A stretch of 64,000 nt of DNA from Candidatus Chisholmbacteria bacterium. GTDB taxonomy: Bacteria; Patescibacteriota; Microgenomatia; UBA1400; Chisholmbacteraceae. Under the pieces are notes generated by a model. That model worked only from the letters and a program-made list of their open reading frames with translations. It searched no databases and was not told where the DNA came from. The DNA is taken from the NCBI GenBank assembly GCA_963704905.1, contig CAVPHZ010000001.1, positions 1,089-65,088 of the forward strand. The letters are read 5' to 3'. How positions within the stretch are numbered: position 1 is the stretch's first letter; every line of letters starts with the position of its first letter. A program made the position numbers and the translations under genes. This document shows positions 17,581 to 27,499 of the stretch, one piece after another.

Positions 17581-18850
17581 GGAAGTGAGTCGCACAGCTG
17601 ATACAAGGGTCGTAGGCTCGGATGAATTTTTCTATTTCGAATGAAATCTGATCTTTTTCCTCATCTATGTTTCCTTCAACAACTCCTATGAGATTTTTTT
17701 CAATGCTGATTTGATTTTGTCCTGTTGGAACAATAATGTCAGCGTGAGTCACCTTGCGATCTTTAATATCATACTTGTGATACAGCAATCCACGTGGAGC
17801 TTCGATTACTCCTATTCCAACGCCTTCTGTTTGTTGTGCTGTGATTAAATGCTCTTTGGGATAATCGGATTGTTTGTCGAGAATATCAAGACTTTCATCA
17901 ATGCAATGTAGAACTTCAATTGCTTGTGCTAGATTGTTGTGAAATATATTTGTTGATGGAAATTGTTCTAAAGCTGTTGCAGCATCTTGCTTGGCGCTTG
18001 GATGAAGAAGATCTTTATTCAAGTTCATTCTTGGTAGCGCTCCAACCATGAACCTGTTTCCCTGAAATTTATATCCCGATGCTTGTGAATATGGAATAAC
18101 TGTGTGGTCGAGATACTCGCGGATATTTTCCTCTTCTATCTTCTGACCTTTACTTGAAGTAACTTTCCCTTCCAAAAAATCGTAGTCGTTTCCCTTCAGT
18201 GCAACAAATGTCGTATCGTCCAGATATTCAAATGGGCATCTATAAAATACTTCAATTAAACGGAGTGCAGCAGGACGAGCTTCTTTGAGCATTCCAATAG
18301 ATTTTTCAATTTCGGCTTTTTCAGGATACTTAGAAAAACCTCCAACCATTGGGTATGGAGCATGGACGCTCCTGCCTCCAAAGGTAATTGATAGTTGGTT
18401 ACCCGCAGCTTTTATTATAAATGTATCGTGAAGGAGCTGATGTTCTTTTTCATCGTTTTCATCAAATTCCAATATCGAATCTTTTCCTAATACATCTGGA
18501 AGTGAAAAAACATAGAGGTGAAGACCGTGATCTCGTATGTTTAAGCCATTGTTTACTAGTCTGCGCATGCGTTTTGTTTGGTTTGATGGAATAATTCCAA
18601 CTCCTTTTTCCACCGCTTCAATACTGCAAAGCAGATGGGCGTTGGAGCAGGTTCCACAGATCCGAGCGACAAGTTGCGGTACTCCCATGACATCTTTACC
18701 TCGAATCGCTTGTGTGTAGAAACGCTTGAAATCGGTGAGTTGAAAATGAAGCTCTTCAACTTTTCCATTTCGAACCTTCACGTCCATGCCTGCATTGCCC
18801 TCAATCTTGCTGATTTCTTCTACTGATAGGTCAAAATTTGACTGATGCAT
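17561..18850 (-). CDS. [NiFe]-hydrogenase large subunit (group 3-like, cytoplasmic)
   Basis: L1 motif RICGTCSNAH near the N-terminus and L2 motif DPCISCATH 7 residues from the C-terminus. 429 aa, similar in size to group 3 alpha subunits. Confidence 0.85.
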   Translation of the reverse strand: MHQSNFDLSVEEISKIEGNAGMDVKVRNGKVEELHFQLTDFKRFYTQAIRGKDVMGVPQLVARICGTCSNAHLLCSIEAVEKGVGIIPSNQTKRMRRLVNNGLNIRDHGLHLYVFSLPDVLGKDSILEFDENDEKEHQLLHDTFIIKAAGNQLSITFGGRSVHAPYPMVGGFSKYPEKAEIEKSIGMLKEARPAALRLIEVFYRCPFEYLDDTTFVALKGNDYDFLEGKVTSSKGQKIEEENIREYLDHTVIPYSQASGYKFQGNRFMVGALPRMNLNKDLLHPSAKQDAATALEQFPSTNIFHNNLAQAIEVLHCIDESLDILDKQSDYPKEHLITAQQTEGVGIGVIEAPRGLLYHKYDIKDRKVTHADIIVPTGQNQISIEKNLIGVVEGNIDEEKDQISFEIEKFIRAYDPCISCATHFLKIRWL

Positions 18851-18875
18851 ACCTATGGATTCTAAATCTTAGCCG

Positions 18876-19409
18876 TTAACCGTTTGGCGATTGATCTGTT
18901 TGCTTTTCTCCTTCTTGAGATGGTGTAGTAATATTAAACTTCTCTAGTGCTTGAGCTAATACTGCCATGAACGTATCTGTATCCATAGGACAACCTGGTA
19001 CTATTGCATCAACTTGTACGACTTCGTTAAGTTTCATAACTTTTTCTGCATAGTTAAACTTCTCAAGAATGTGTTGTATCTCTGCTTTGGTTGTATCATC
19101 AAATAAATTTCTCTGAGCTGATGGGAATCCAGTTACTGCGCATGAGCCAATTGCGACTAGCATTTTCGAGACGCCTCTGATTTGTCGTAGTTTTTCAGCT
19201 TGAGATTCGCTTGAAATAGCCCCCTCGACAAAGGCAACGTCAAGTTCGTCAAGTACATTTTTTGTTTGCAATACTTTAGCGTGTCGGATATCGAGAATCT
19301 TTTTCCACTCGAAGAAGTGCTCGTTGAGCAGTTCGGTCATCATAATAGTTGAATCTTCACAGCAGGTGAAGCTAAACCAACCAATACGGAGTTTTTTTTG
19401 CTGTTCCAT
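18876..19409 (-). CDS. [NiFe]-hydrogenase small subunit, minimal form (NuoB / oxidored_q6-like, proximal-cluster domain only)
   Basis: Cys ligands in GWFSFTCCEDS, GSCAVTG and VPGCP. Only 177 aa and lacks medial/distal cluster motifs. Directly upstream of the large subunit on the same strand. Confidence 0.7.
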   Translation of the reverse strand: MEQQKKLRIGWFSFTCCEDSTIMMTELLNEHFFEWKKILDIRHAKVLQTKNVLDELDVAFVEGAISSESQAEKLRQIRGVSKMLVAIGSCAVTGFPSAQRNLFDDTTKAEIQHILEKFNYAEKVMKLNEVVQVDAIVPGCPMDTDTFMAVLAQALEKFNITTPSQEGEKQTDQSPNG

Positions 19410-19410
19410 G

Positions 19411-19629
19411 CTATTTCTTTTTTAAAAATGGGAATTTATACTTCACGATACCCAGGAGATAAAATATCTCAAGTACACCAAACGTTTGAATCAGAAGGAG
19501 GGCGATAAACCATTTCTTGTCATCTCGGTTTGCTGACACCCACAGTGCTAAACCTTTCCAAGGAACTGACCATAGCTGGAGAATGAGGATGAGCCAAGGA
19601 TTTTGATTAATGAGTTGTTGAATGTTCAT
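19411..19629 (-). CDS. small 2-TM membrane protein
   Basis: 72-aa hydrophobic ORF, 2 nt upstream of the small subunit gene. Confidence 0.3.
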   Translation of the reverse strand: MNIQQLINQNPWLILILQLWSVPWKGLALWVSANRDDKKWFIALLLIQTFGVLEIFYLLGIVKYKFPFLKKK

Positions 19630-19683
19630 TTCTCTTTCTACAATTGTGTAGAATTTTATATAACTCGATTGTAAAATTGAGTG

Positions 19684-20250
19684 CTATCCACGACTATATT
19701 TACCTACCAAACTTGTCTGAGCAATAATATGTCCTTCCATCGCTGCTTCGAGCGTCGCTTTTGTTGTTCCTGAAGAAAGCTCTAGTATCGTGTCAAGGGC
19801 GTAGAGTTTGAAGAAATAACGATGCTCCTGACCGGATGGAGGACAAGGCCCACCATAGGAGTTATTACCAAAATCATTCAGACCTTGTATTGAGCTTGGT
19901 GGAGGGCTTCCCTCCGGGATTTGATCGAACTGTGGTGGAATATCAAATATAATCCAATGAACCCAGGTTTTTACTGGTGCGTCAGGATCATCGATAATTA
20001 ATGCCAAACTCTTTGTTTCTTCTGGTATTCCTGAAAAGCTTAAGGATGGATTGATATTTTCTCCATCGCAGGTATATTTTCTTGGAATACTTTCATTGTC
20101 ATTAAATACTGTGCTTGAAATGTGTAATGGGTTCATAATTTTCTCAACCTGATTAGTACTCGGTTTTATCTGGCTATTGATATGAAGGCTATTGCAGCCT
20201 GATAGAAGCATAGCAAAAACGAAGAAAGTTGATAAGTGCCTCCGATTCAT
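19684..20250 (-). CDS. YbhB/YbcL (PEBP / Raf-kinase-inhibitor-like) family lipoprotein
   Basis: Lipobox LLSGC, then YTCDGENINPSLSFSGIPEETKSLALIIDDPDAP and HRYFFKLYALD, which are PEBP-family signatures. Confidence 0.85.
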   Translation of the reverse strand: MNRRHLSTFFVFAMLLSGCNSLHINSQIKPSTNQVEKIMNPLHISSTVFNDNESIPRKYTCDGENINPSLSFSGIPEETKSLALIIDDPDAPVKTWVHWIIFDIPPQFDQIPEGSPPPSSIQGLNDFGNNSYGGPCPPSGQEHRYFFKLYALDTILELSSGTTKATLEAAMEGHIIAQTSLVGKYSRG

Positions 20251-20517
20251 CTAATTTTTTCTTTTTCCAAGATCCTTACTTGATAAGGTCATTGCAAGCA
20301 TCTTACCCAGCTCTAGAGAAAATTTCTGTGCCTGATTTTTACTCATCCCTATTCGGGCTACAATTCGAATATTTCCGGTGTTCCCTAGGCGTTGCATGAC
20401 ATCAAATACCACCCCATCTTGATTTGCTGTGATACCAATGTTATCTGTGTACAGTATTGGCGTTTTATCTAGGTTAATATTAACTCGAGTGTTTGAAGAT
20501 TCCTTTTGTTCTGCCAA
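20251..20517 (-). CDS. DUF3467-like small protein
   Basis: 88 aa. Pattern ILYTDNIGITANQDGVVFDV...RIVARIGMS fits DUF3467. Weak call. Confidence 0.4.
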   Translation of the reverse strand: MAEQKESSNTRVNINLDKTPILYTDNIGITANQDGVVFDVMQRLGNTGNIRIVARIGMSKNQAQKFSLELGKMLAMTLSSKDLGKRKN

Positions 20518-20541
20518 GCTTACTCACTTCCTTTCTTATTT

Positions 20542-20787
20542 TTATTTTACGTTAAGCTTCTCAGTGAGTTCGTTATTTGAGGGTTCAACAAAGATATCAC
20601 CATCAGGAAAAATAATAGTTGGGATGGATTTCAACCCATTATTTATTTTTATAACAAATTCATAAGCACCTGGTTCGGAGTCAACATCATGATATTCATA
20701 GTCAACTTGATGCTTATCTAACAGACTCTTAGAACGAACGCAATCTCCACACCAAGCTGCGCCGTAGAATTGAATCTTTTTGTTCAT
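20542..20787 (-). CDS. glutaredoxin-like protein (NrdH/YruB type)
   Basis: KIQFYGAAWCGDCVRSK has a CxxC active site in a thioredoxin fold. 81 aa. Confidence 0.7.
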   Translation of the reverse strand: MNKKIQFYGAAWCGDCVRSKSLLDKHQVDYEYHDVDSEPGAYEFVIKINNGLKSIPTIIFPDGDIFVEPSNNELTEKLNVK

Positions 20788-20798
20788 GCAGATCCATT

Positions 20799-21404
20799 TT
20801 ACCTTGCTGTGTCGAGTCTTTTCTGAACCTCATTCCAATTTACAACATTCCACCATGCTTCGATATACTCCGCACGACGATTCTGGTATTTGAGATAATA
20901 GGCATGCTCCCATACGTCTATCCCTAGCAGAGGAGTATTTCCTTTCATGATAGGTGTATCTTGATTTGGAGTCGAGCAGACATGCAGCTCTCCCTGTTCT
21001 AGCGTTAACCATGCCCAACCACTTCCAAATCGAGTTAAAGCAGAATTTGTGAACTCTTTCTTGAAATTTTCAAAACTCCCAAAACTTGCTATGATCTCGT
21101 CTGAGAGTGAACCCTCAGGCTTGCCACCCGCTTTTGCGGATAAGCTTAACCAAAACAGTGAGTGATTTGCATGCCCCCCGCCGTTATTCTGAACTGCAGT
21201 TCGTATCTCTTCTGGAAGTTGGGAAAGATTTGATAAGATTGTATTAATATCTTGGTTTGCTAGATCTTCTCTCCCTTCCAGTGCAGTGTTTAGTTTGCTG
21301 ACGTACCCCGCATGATGTTTGCTGTGATGAATAGTCATCGTTTGCTCATCGATGTGAGGTTCTAACGCTTTATATGCGTAAGGTAATTCTGGTAATGTAT
21401 ACAT
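20799..21404 (-). CDS. sodA: Fe/Mn superoxide dismutase
   Basis: [30 protein letters not shown] and [18 protein letters not shown] metal-ligand motifs. Start placed at the ATG 7 nt after a strong SD AAAGGAGGTG (revcomp of 21411-21420). The track start at 21464 is likely too long. Confidence 0.9.
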   Translation of the reverse strand: MYTLPELPYAYKALEPHIDEQTMTIHHSKHHAGYVSKLNTALEGREDLANQDINTILSNLSQLPEEIRTAVQNNGGGHANHSLFWLSLSAKAGGKPEGSLSDEIIASFGSFENFKKEFTNSALTRFGSGWAWLTLEQGELHVCSTPNQDTPIMKGNTPLLGIDVWEHAYYLKYQNRRAEYIEAWWNVVNWNEVQKRLDTAR

Positions 21405-21556
21405 TTCTTTCACCTCCTTTCGGTGATTCTGATATTTACCGTTTAGTATAGATTGTTGTGACACGAGATGCTGTGACTTTTGTTACAAGATTACTTTTCA
21501 ACTCTTCAACTTTTCAATCTCCAGTGGTTATCTCTTTGTCGTGTTAGAATGAACTC

Positions 21557-21988
21557 ATGGGATCGTTACTGCTTTTTCTCCAAGTGGGTTTGATATTCTT
21601 CCAATTTTTGTTTAGCGATCTGATTTCCGTGTTTCTTTTTCCTCATTTGTTACTACTTTTCATAGTTGGAATTGGAGTAGCGCTTTGGGGCTTTTTCAGC
21701 CTCGGCCGCTCATATTCCCCACTTCCGAAACCAAAAGAGGATAATCAGCTTTCACAGCGAGGTGTGTATCGGTTTATTCGGCATCCTATTTATACTGGTC
21801 TTTTTTTGATTTGTCTGTCTTTCTTACTATCAAGGATACATGCGCTTTCGATCATCACCTTTGGGTTAGTTGTTTATATCACAAATAAAAAGGCCAATCT
21901 TGAAGAAGATTTATTAATCAAAAAACATCCAACATATAAAACATATAGAAAGTCGGTTCGAAAATTCTTTCCTTTTGATCTCAGTTAA
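21557..21988 (+). CDS. ICMT/PEMT-family membrane methyltransferase
   Basis: RGVYRFIRHPIYTGLFLICLS motif (RHPxY-x-G) after 3 TM helices. Confidence 0.65.
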   Translation: MGSLLLFLQVGLIFFQFLFSDLISVFLFPHLLLLFIVGIGVALWGFFSLGRSYSPLPKPKEDNQLSQRGVYRFIRHPIYTGLFLICLSFLLSRIHALSIITFGLVVYITNKKANLEEDLLIKKHPTYKTYRKSVRKFFPFDLS

Positions 21989-23031
21989 TTCTGCTTTAGA
22001 TGCACCACTTGTTGTGGAAAAGGCACTTCTATCTTTTCTTTTTGTAGGCGCTTAGTAATGGCTTTAACTAGCTCGTGAATGGTTCTCCCTCGCTTGGAGG
22101 GCTGGGCAATAGTTCCCATAACCTCAAGTTCAACAGCAAAATCTCCAAATTTTCTGAATCTCACTCTTGGCTTTGGATCTTTTAAGATATATTTCTGGGC
22201 ACTGGTAACATCAACAAGAATGTTTTCTACTTTATCAAGATCAGCGCTGTATGAAACTCCAAGAGGTACCCGTATTCGAAGTTCTGGGTTCAGACCTGTC
22301 TCGTTGATTACTGCGTCGGTTGCCAAAATAGAATTTGGAACAGTGAGGAGAACATTATCTCTTGTCCGAATTTTTGTACTCCGCATGCCTATCTGTATCA
22401 CTTCTCCGCGGTATGTGTCTTTGATGATGACATAATCGCCGGTCTTATATGGCTTGTCTAAAAATATTGAAACTCCACCAAAGATATTGGCTACTGTGTC
22501 TTTAGCTGCAAATGCCACTGCAATACCAACTACTCCGGCGGATGCCAATGCAGGAGTAATGTTTATCCCCCAAACTGAAAGAATGGTAAGAATAATAATA
22601 ATTGCAGCTGCGATAATGACTACGTTATCGAGAAATGGTAACAGATCTCCGATACTATTTTGTTGTCCGTCTTCAATCTTTTCTTCTAACTTCGTAAAGA
22701 ATATCCGAGAGATTCCGATTCCTGCAATTCCCCAAAAAATGATTCCTGCAGTGACCAGCGTATTGTTTATCGGATCTAGTGCCTTTTCTGGTAATCCAAA
22801 CGTTTGAGCGGTAATATACCCTCCGATAAGTATCACGCTCCAAAATACTGGTTGTTTGGTAACGTTGATGATCTGATCATCGATTTTCGTTTTTGTTGTA
22901 CCAACCAGACTCAGGAGGATTTTTTCAAATACCCATTTCACAATTTTCCCAGCAATGATCGTTCCTGCGAGAATACTTATTGCTGATAGATATGGTGGTG
23001 CTCCACTTTGAAGAATGTCTTGCATTATCAA
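21985..23031 (-). CDS. mechanosensitive ion channel, MscS family
   Basis: TM region followed by the MscS beta domain FGGVSIFLDKPYKTGDYVIIKDTYRGEVIQIGMRSTKIRTRDNVLLTVPNS. Confidence 0.85.
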   Translation of the reverse strand: MIMQDILQSGAPPYLSAISILAGTIIAGKIVKWVFEKILLSLVGTTKTKIDDQIINVTKQPVFWSVILIGGYITAQTFGLPEKALDPINNTLVTAGIIFWGIAGIGISRIFFTKLEEKIEDGQQNSIGDLLPFLDNVVIIAAAIIIILTILSVWGINITPALASAGVVGIAVAFAAKDTVANIFGGVSIFLDKPYKTGDYVIIKDTYRGEVIQIGMRSTKIRTRDNVLLTVPNSILATDAVINETGLNPELRIRVPLGVSYSADLDKVENILVDVTSAQKYILKDPKPRVRFRKFGDFAVELEVMGTIAQPSKRGRTIHELVKAITKRLQKEKIEVPFPQQVVHLKQN

Positions 23032-23115
23032 TAATATAACATAACTTATTTTAGACTCGTTTTAATATTTTTAAGAAAGTAAAACGGTGATCAATTTATT
23101 TCAAAAATGACTACA

Positions 23116-23421
23116 TCAATTCAGATTTGGTTTCTTAGGAGGCGTTGCATCAATAGGTCTTTGATGAGGTTTTTTTCCAGCTTGTCTTTTTTTAGCTTCT
23201 TCGGTTGTGAACACCCTGGCCCAACTTATCTTTCCGTTTTCGTCTCTCACCGGAGTATATTTTCCTTTATCATCTAGTGGTACTTCTGGCATTGCATCTT
23301 TTGGCTCAGGTTGTGGTGACTCTATGTCATCTTGCATACTCTTCAATTCGTTTTCTTTGTAATTTCTACAAACGTAGAATAATTCATCAATAATTAATGC
23401 TATATGATATTCTTCAACCAT
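23116..23421 (-). CDS. hypothetical Lys/Pro-rich protein
   Basis: 101-aa ORF, low complexity, no recognisable motif. Confidence 0.3.
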   Translation of the reverse strand: MVEEYHIALIIDELFYVCRNYKENELKSMQDDIESPQPEPKDAMPEVPLDDKGKYTPVRDENGKISWARVFTTEEAKKRQAGKKPHQRPIDATPPKKPNLN

Positions 23422-24268
23422 GCAAATTGGATGTCATGTTTCGATTTCTGGAGGGTTGGATAAAAGTATTGATCGCGCGGTAGAGCGAGGTGCAAACTGT
23501 CTGCAATCATTCGCTAGCTCTCCAAGATCATTAAAAACAACCTCATTTGATGACCATGTGGTGGATCAATATCGAATAAAGAAAAAAGAATCTGGAATTG
23601 GGGAGCATTATTTCCATGCTCCATATCTAATAAATCTGGCTCATGAGAATAAAAGCTACGTTACGGCTTCAGTAGAAACACTCATCTTTTATCAGCAATT
23701 TTCTGGCGGTATCCATGGTTCTGGCACGATTGTTCATGTTGGAAGTCATAAAGGTCGTGGGTTTGAATCAGTCCAGCCAGCTGTTTCACGAGCAATCGTT
23801 GAGGTGTTAGAGCAAACTCCTAGTGGTGTACGATTGTTACTTGAAAATGCTGCTGGACAAAAGGGTGTCATTGGTGATTCTTTTGATGAGCTGGAAGTGC
23901 TTATTGCATCGGTTCCGAAGAAACTTCAATTAAAAATTGGGATTTGTCTTGATAGCCAACATGCTTTCGCGAGTGGACATGATGTACGAACCAAGGAGGG
24001 AGTAGATCGAATGCTTTCGGTTTTTGATAACGTTATTGGATTGGAGTTTTTACATGTCATCCATGCGAATGACTCAAAGATCGAATTTAACAGTCATAGA
24101 GATCGGCACGAAAATATTGGTAGCGGTTTTATCGGAAAAGAAGGTTTTCGGCACTTGGTCAATCATCCAAAACTGAAACATCTCCCGTTTATACTCGAAG
24201 TTCCAGGTGAGAACCGCAGCGGTCCAAGAAAGATAGATGTTGAGGGTCTCAAACAACTGGTGGAATGA
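23420..24268 (+). CDS. nfo: endonuclease IV (AP endonuclease family 2)
   Basis: MQIGCHVSISGG, HAPYLINLA, VHVGSH, LENAAGQ, CLDSQHAFASGHD and IHANDS are the metal-ligand motifs of Nfo. Confidence 0.85.
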   Translation: MQIGCHVSISGGLDKSIDRAVERGANCLQSFASSPRSLKTTSFDDHVVDQYRIKKKESGIGEHYFHAPYLINLAHENKSYVTASVETLIFYQQFSGGIHGSGTIVHVGSHKGRGFESVQPAVSRAIVEVLEQTPSGVRLLLENAAGQKGVIGDSFDELEVLIASVPKKLQLKIGICLDSQHAFASGHDVRTKEGVDRMLSVFDNVIGLEFLHVIHANDSKIEFNSHRDRHENIGSGFIGKEGFRHLVNHPKLKHLPFILEVPGENRSGPRKIDVEGLKQLVE

Positions 24269-24271
24269 TTC

Positions 24272-25085
24272 TCAGCGCTTAATGAATGCCAATAGTTTGG
24301 AAAGTTTGCTGTGCTCTTTAAGCGAGTTTATTAACACGACATATACTGCCCACATCATGACACCCGAGAAGACAAATTGACTGTCTTTTCCATAGATCTG
24401 AAACATTTCTCCACCAACGGCAGGGCCGACGATCCTGCCAATACTTCCCGATGATTGTAATAAACCCAAAACACCTCCATATTCCTCTGGTGACACAGTT
24501 TCTGAAGCAAGTGCTTGAATAGTTGGATTTTGAAATACCGTTTCCAAATGCGATAAACAAGATAGAAACATACGCCATCTTCGCTACAGTACTAAAATGA
24601 AGCAGAAACAATCCTACTCCTAATAACAACACACCGCCTTGCAGCAGCTTTCGCTCACCAAAGTGGCTCACTAGTTTTGGTAGTAATGCGAGTTGGGTTA
24701 TAACGCTGATTACTCCAGCAAAAGAGAATAGCCAGCCTGTTTCTCTTGGCCCGTATTGGAATGTTCCTTGCGTCCATAATGCAAAGGTTGCCGTCATTGC
24801 AGAGAATGCAAAGTTGATAAGTAGAAATGAGATTATGAGTACACCGATAGGTTGTGCCCGAAGCACTTCCATGAGAGGCTTGAGAGAAAAGGCAGACTTT
24901 TCTTGTTGAGCTGTTTTCGCTATATCCACAGTTTCTTTCAAGAAAAATAATGTGGTTATTACAGAGAGCATTGAGACAGCTGCCGCAAAAAAGGCTGGAG
25001 TAGAATAACTTATGGTTGAAAGCAGATCACCAATCGCTGGTCCGAGAATAAAACCGATGCCAAAAGCGGCTCCGATAAGTCCCAT
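24272..25085 (-). pseudogene. MFS transporter, N-terminally truncated and frameshifted
   Basis: ORF 24318-25085 starts at the MFS TM5 motif GLIGAAFGIGFILGPAIGD, so about 140 aa of the N-terminus is absent. Its last ~85 aa are off-frame. The true C-terminus continues in another frame (ORF 24272-24571, ...GVMMWAVYVVLI), implying a frameshift near 24540-24570. Confidence 0.55.
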
Positions 25086-25184
25086 ACCTTTAGCACGATT
25101 CTTTTTGGCGGAGTTAGCAATGGTTTTTTGGACATAAGCAAAGATTATATCCGGTACTGGTTTATGCCGTCACTGAGGAAAGTA

Positions 25185-25820
25185 CTACTCACCCACATCG
25201 TGGAAGCGTTGTTCAATATCAATTGTTGTTTCTGGACCATGACCAGGGTAGATAATCATATTTTTTTGGAAACTCAATACTCTTGTGACTGAATCAGAAA
25301 GTTCATTTGGTTGACTGTAGGAAAAATCAGTTCTGCCTACACTTCCTCCGGAAAAGAGAAGATCTCCAACAATGATGATATTATCCGCCTTACTGGCAAG
25401 CGATACACTGCCAGGAGTATGGCCAGGAGTATGAAGAACTTTTAAACAGAGATTCTTTGTTTTTAACTCATCTTCGGGTTTGAGATAGTAATCAATTTTA
25501 GGAGGCGGGCCTGCCTCAATACCGGTAAAGTGGATAGATGTTTGGTTCATTCTTTTGACAAGAAATTCATCTTTTTTGTGAATGAGGAAGGGAATGTTGA
25601 ATGCGAGCTGAAGCTCCATTGCAGCCATGATGTGGTCAAAATGACCGTGTGTGGCAATTATCTTTACGGGAGATAAATGCAATTTTAATATTGTATTGGT
25701 GATGTATTCGGCATCATCTCCGGGATCGATGATCATTGTTTCTTTGGATTTGTTATCGTAAACGAGATAACAATTACTCTGAAGTTGGCCAACGACGAGT
25801 TGTTGTATTTTCATTAGCAC
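25185..25820 (-). CDS. MBL-fold metallo-hydrolase (glyoxalase II-like)
   Basis: ATHGHFDH metal-binding motif and HTPGHTPG. Confidence 0.8.
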   Translation of the reverse strand: MLMKIQQLVVGQLQSNCYLVYDNKSKETMIIDPGDDAEYITNTILKLHLSPVKIIATHGHFDHIMAAMELQLAFNIPFLIHKKDEFLVKRMNQTSIHFTGIEAGPPPKIDYYLKPEDELKTKNLCLKVLHTPGHTPGSVSLASKADNIIIVGDLLFSGGSVGRTDFSYSQPNELSDSVTRVLSFQKNMIIYPGHGPETTIDIEQRFHDVGE

Positions 25821-26392
25821 TATATTTCATTGATATCTATCGTTATGTGGGTGCCATCTTCTTCTTCATTTATAATGACTGCACCTTCGAAGTCGTTTTT
25901 TGATATTCCAAACACCGTTGCATTTGTAATATCTGTTCTCGTTGCGATGCTCCACCCAGTATCAATGAGATTTTGCTCATAATACTTCACAACATCTGAT
26001 AACGTATCAGAAGATCGTTGCTCTGTTACAGATCCGCTGTCTGTGGTAACTGTACTTTCTATTTCAGTGTCAGGGTATAAGGGAATCACATCTTGGATAT
26101 CAACCTTGCTTAATTGCGGACCTGCTGAAAACGTTGCTTCATCTGTACTTAGCATTATTTCCTCAGACAGATCCATTTCTGCTTCAGCTTCCTCTTCAAG
26201 AGATTGTTGATTGACTGATTGATCTTGTAGAGATTTTTGAGTTAAATATCTAGAGAGGTTTGTAAAAATACCATAAGCGACAACTGCTCCAGCAACAATG
26301 GTAATAAGCACCTCTACGAACTTTCGTTCCTGTTTCTGCTGATTGATACGAGTTGATTTACTTGAGGACGATTCTAGATGATCTTTTTTCAC
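25820..26392 (-). CDS. membrane-anchored acidic hypothetical protein
   Basis: N-terminal TM helix followed by a Ser/Glu/Gln-rich ectodomain. Start overlaps the next gene's stop. Confidence 0.4.
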   Translation of the reverse strand: MKKDHLESSSSKSTRINQQKQERKFVEVLITIVAGAVVAYGIFTNLSRYLTQKSLQDQSVNQQSLEEEAEAEMDLSEEIMLSTDEATFSAGPQLSKVDIQDVIPLYPDTEIESTVTTDSGSVTEQRSSDTLSDVVKYYEQNLIDTGWSIATRTDITNATVFGISKNDFEGAVIINEEEDGTHITIDINEI

Positions 26393-27192
26393 TTATTCAC
26401 CTGATTTCACTCTCTTTTTATCATAGTTTTTGCTTTAACTGTAGGTGTAATCTGTGGCTATTGTACAATGGTGTAGTGGACGTATTGTATGTGGTTATTG
26501 CTTCTACTATTGCAGTTTTTATAGGTACGTTTTCTGGCTATGGTATCTCTATTGCTCTCGTACCAATCCTTACACTCGTTCTTCCGTTACCTGAGACTCT
26601 TTTCTATTCAAGCATTATTTATCTAGCTCATATGCTTCACAAAGTCAGTCAACTCAGAGAACATGCTCAACTTAATTTAGTCATTCAATTTGGATTGCTT
26701 GCATCGGTTTTCAGTCTGATTGGCGCTTTACTCATCAGTCTCATGCCGACAAGAGGGTTAGAACGATTACTTGGGTTATATGTACTAGCTTATATTGGGT
26801 TTATGCTTTTTGATCCAAAATTCCGAATCACAAATACCACGAATGTGACTTTAGTCGGTGCTATTTCATCAGGCTTTCTCTCTGGATTTTTTGGTTTTGC
26901 ACGGGCAGTTCAATCACTCGTTCTCTCGACATACGTACTTACCGAGTATGACCTCTTTGCAACGAGCACTTTGGTTACCTTGATGATAACGTTTGCCCGT
27001 ATGACGGGGTATTTCATCGGAGGAATTCGCCTCTCCTCAACATTGTTACTCGCAATGATCTTTTCGATTCCACTCTCATTTGTTGCTGAAGTCGTTGCGA
27101 AGCGTAGTTCATCTGGATTTTCTACTCGAAACGTTCGGATCGTAATTGGAGTTATCTTTTTTCTTCTCGGTCTTCGGTTAAGTTTTTTTTAA
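26353..27192 (+). CDS. TauE/SafE (DUF81) family membrane permease
   Basis: Two 4-TM repeats with Gly-rich helices (GTFSGYGISIALVPIL; GFFGFARAV). The true start is probably downstream of 26353, possibly a GTG/TTG near 26460, because the first 40 nt overlap the opposite-strand gene. Confidence 0.55.
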   Translation: MIYLRTILDDLFSLIHLISLSFYHSFCFNCRCNLWLLYNGVVDVLYVVIASTIAVFIGTFSGYGISIALVPILTLVLPLPETLFYSSIIYLAHMLHKVSQLREHAQLNLVIQFGLLASVFSLIGALLISLMPTRGLERLLGLYVLAYIGFMLFDPKFRITNTTNVTLVGAISSGFLSGFFGFARAVQSLVLSTYVLTEYDLFATSTLVTLMITFARMTGYFIGGIRLSSTLLLAMIFSIPLSFVAEVVAKRSSSGFSTRNVRIVIGVIFFLLGLRLSFF

Positions 27193-27242
27193 CAAATTCA
27201 AATGTGATTGCGATTACTTTGTTGCACTTCTAGCGTGTTAGA

Positions 27243-27491
27243 ATGAGATTGATGAAATGCGAGATCAAGGAGCCGACTGAACTTGTGAATTTTGGAGCTA
27301 CAGGCGACCCTACAAGAAGAATACTCCTGCCGGCTCGGGCACATGATTGTTTACTTGCTAAAAATATTCCCATTGGTGAAAGTCTTGACATGTCTCATGT
27401 TGAACCTGGAAAATATAATGTTGCTGGTTTTCCGTTAAAATTTATCAGTATAGATGGTTCTCCAGCTAGGGTAGTTTTAATTAGTGAGTAA
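27243..27491 (+). CDS. hypothetical protein
   Basis: 82-aa ORF with no recognised motif. Confidence 0.25.
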   Translation: MRLMKCEIKEPTELVNFGATGDPTRRILLPARAHDCLLAKNIPIGESLDMSHVEPGKYNVAGFPLKFISIDGSPARVVLISE

Positions 27492-27499
27492 AATTCAAT

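Noticed and set aside
22079-22986. Three plus-strand ORFs opposite the mscS gene
   Set aside because: The minus-strand MscS ORF has clear family motifs; the antisense ORFs do not.
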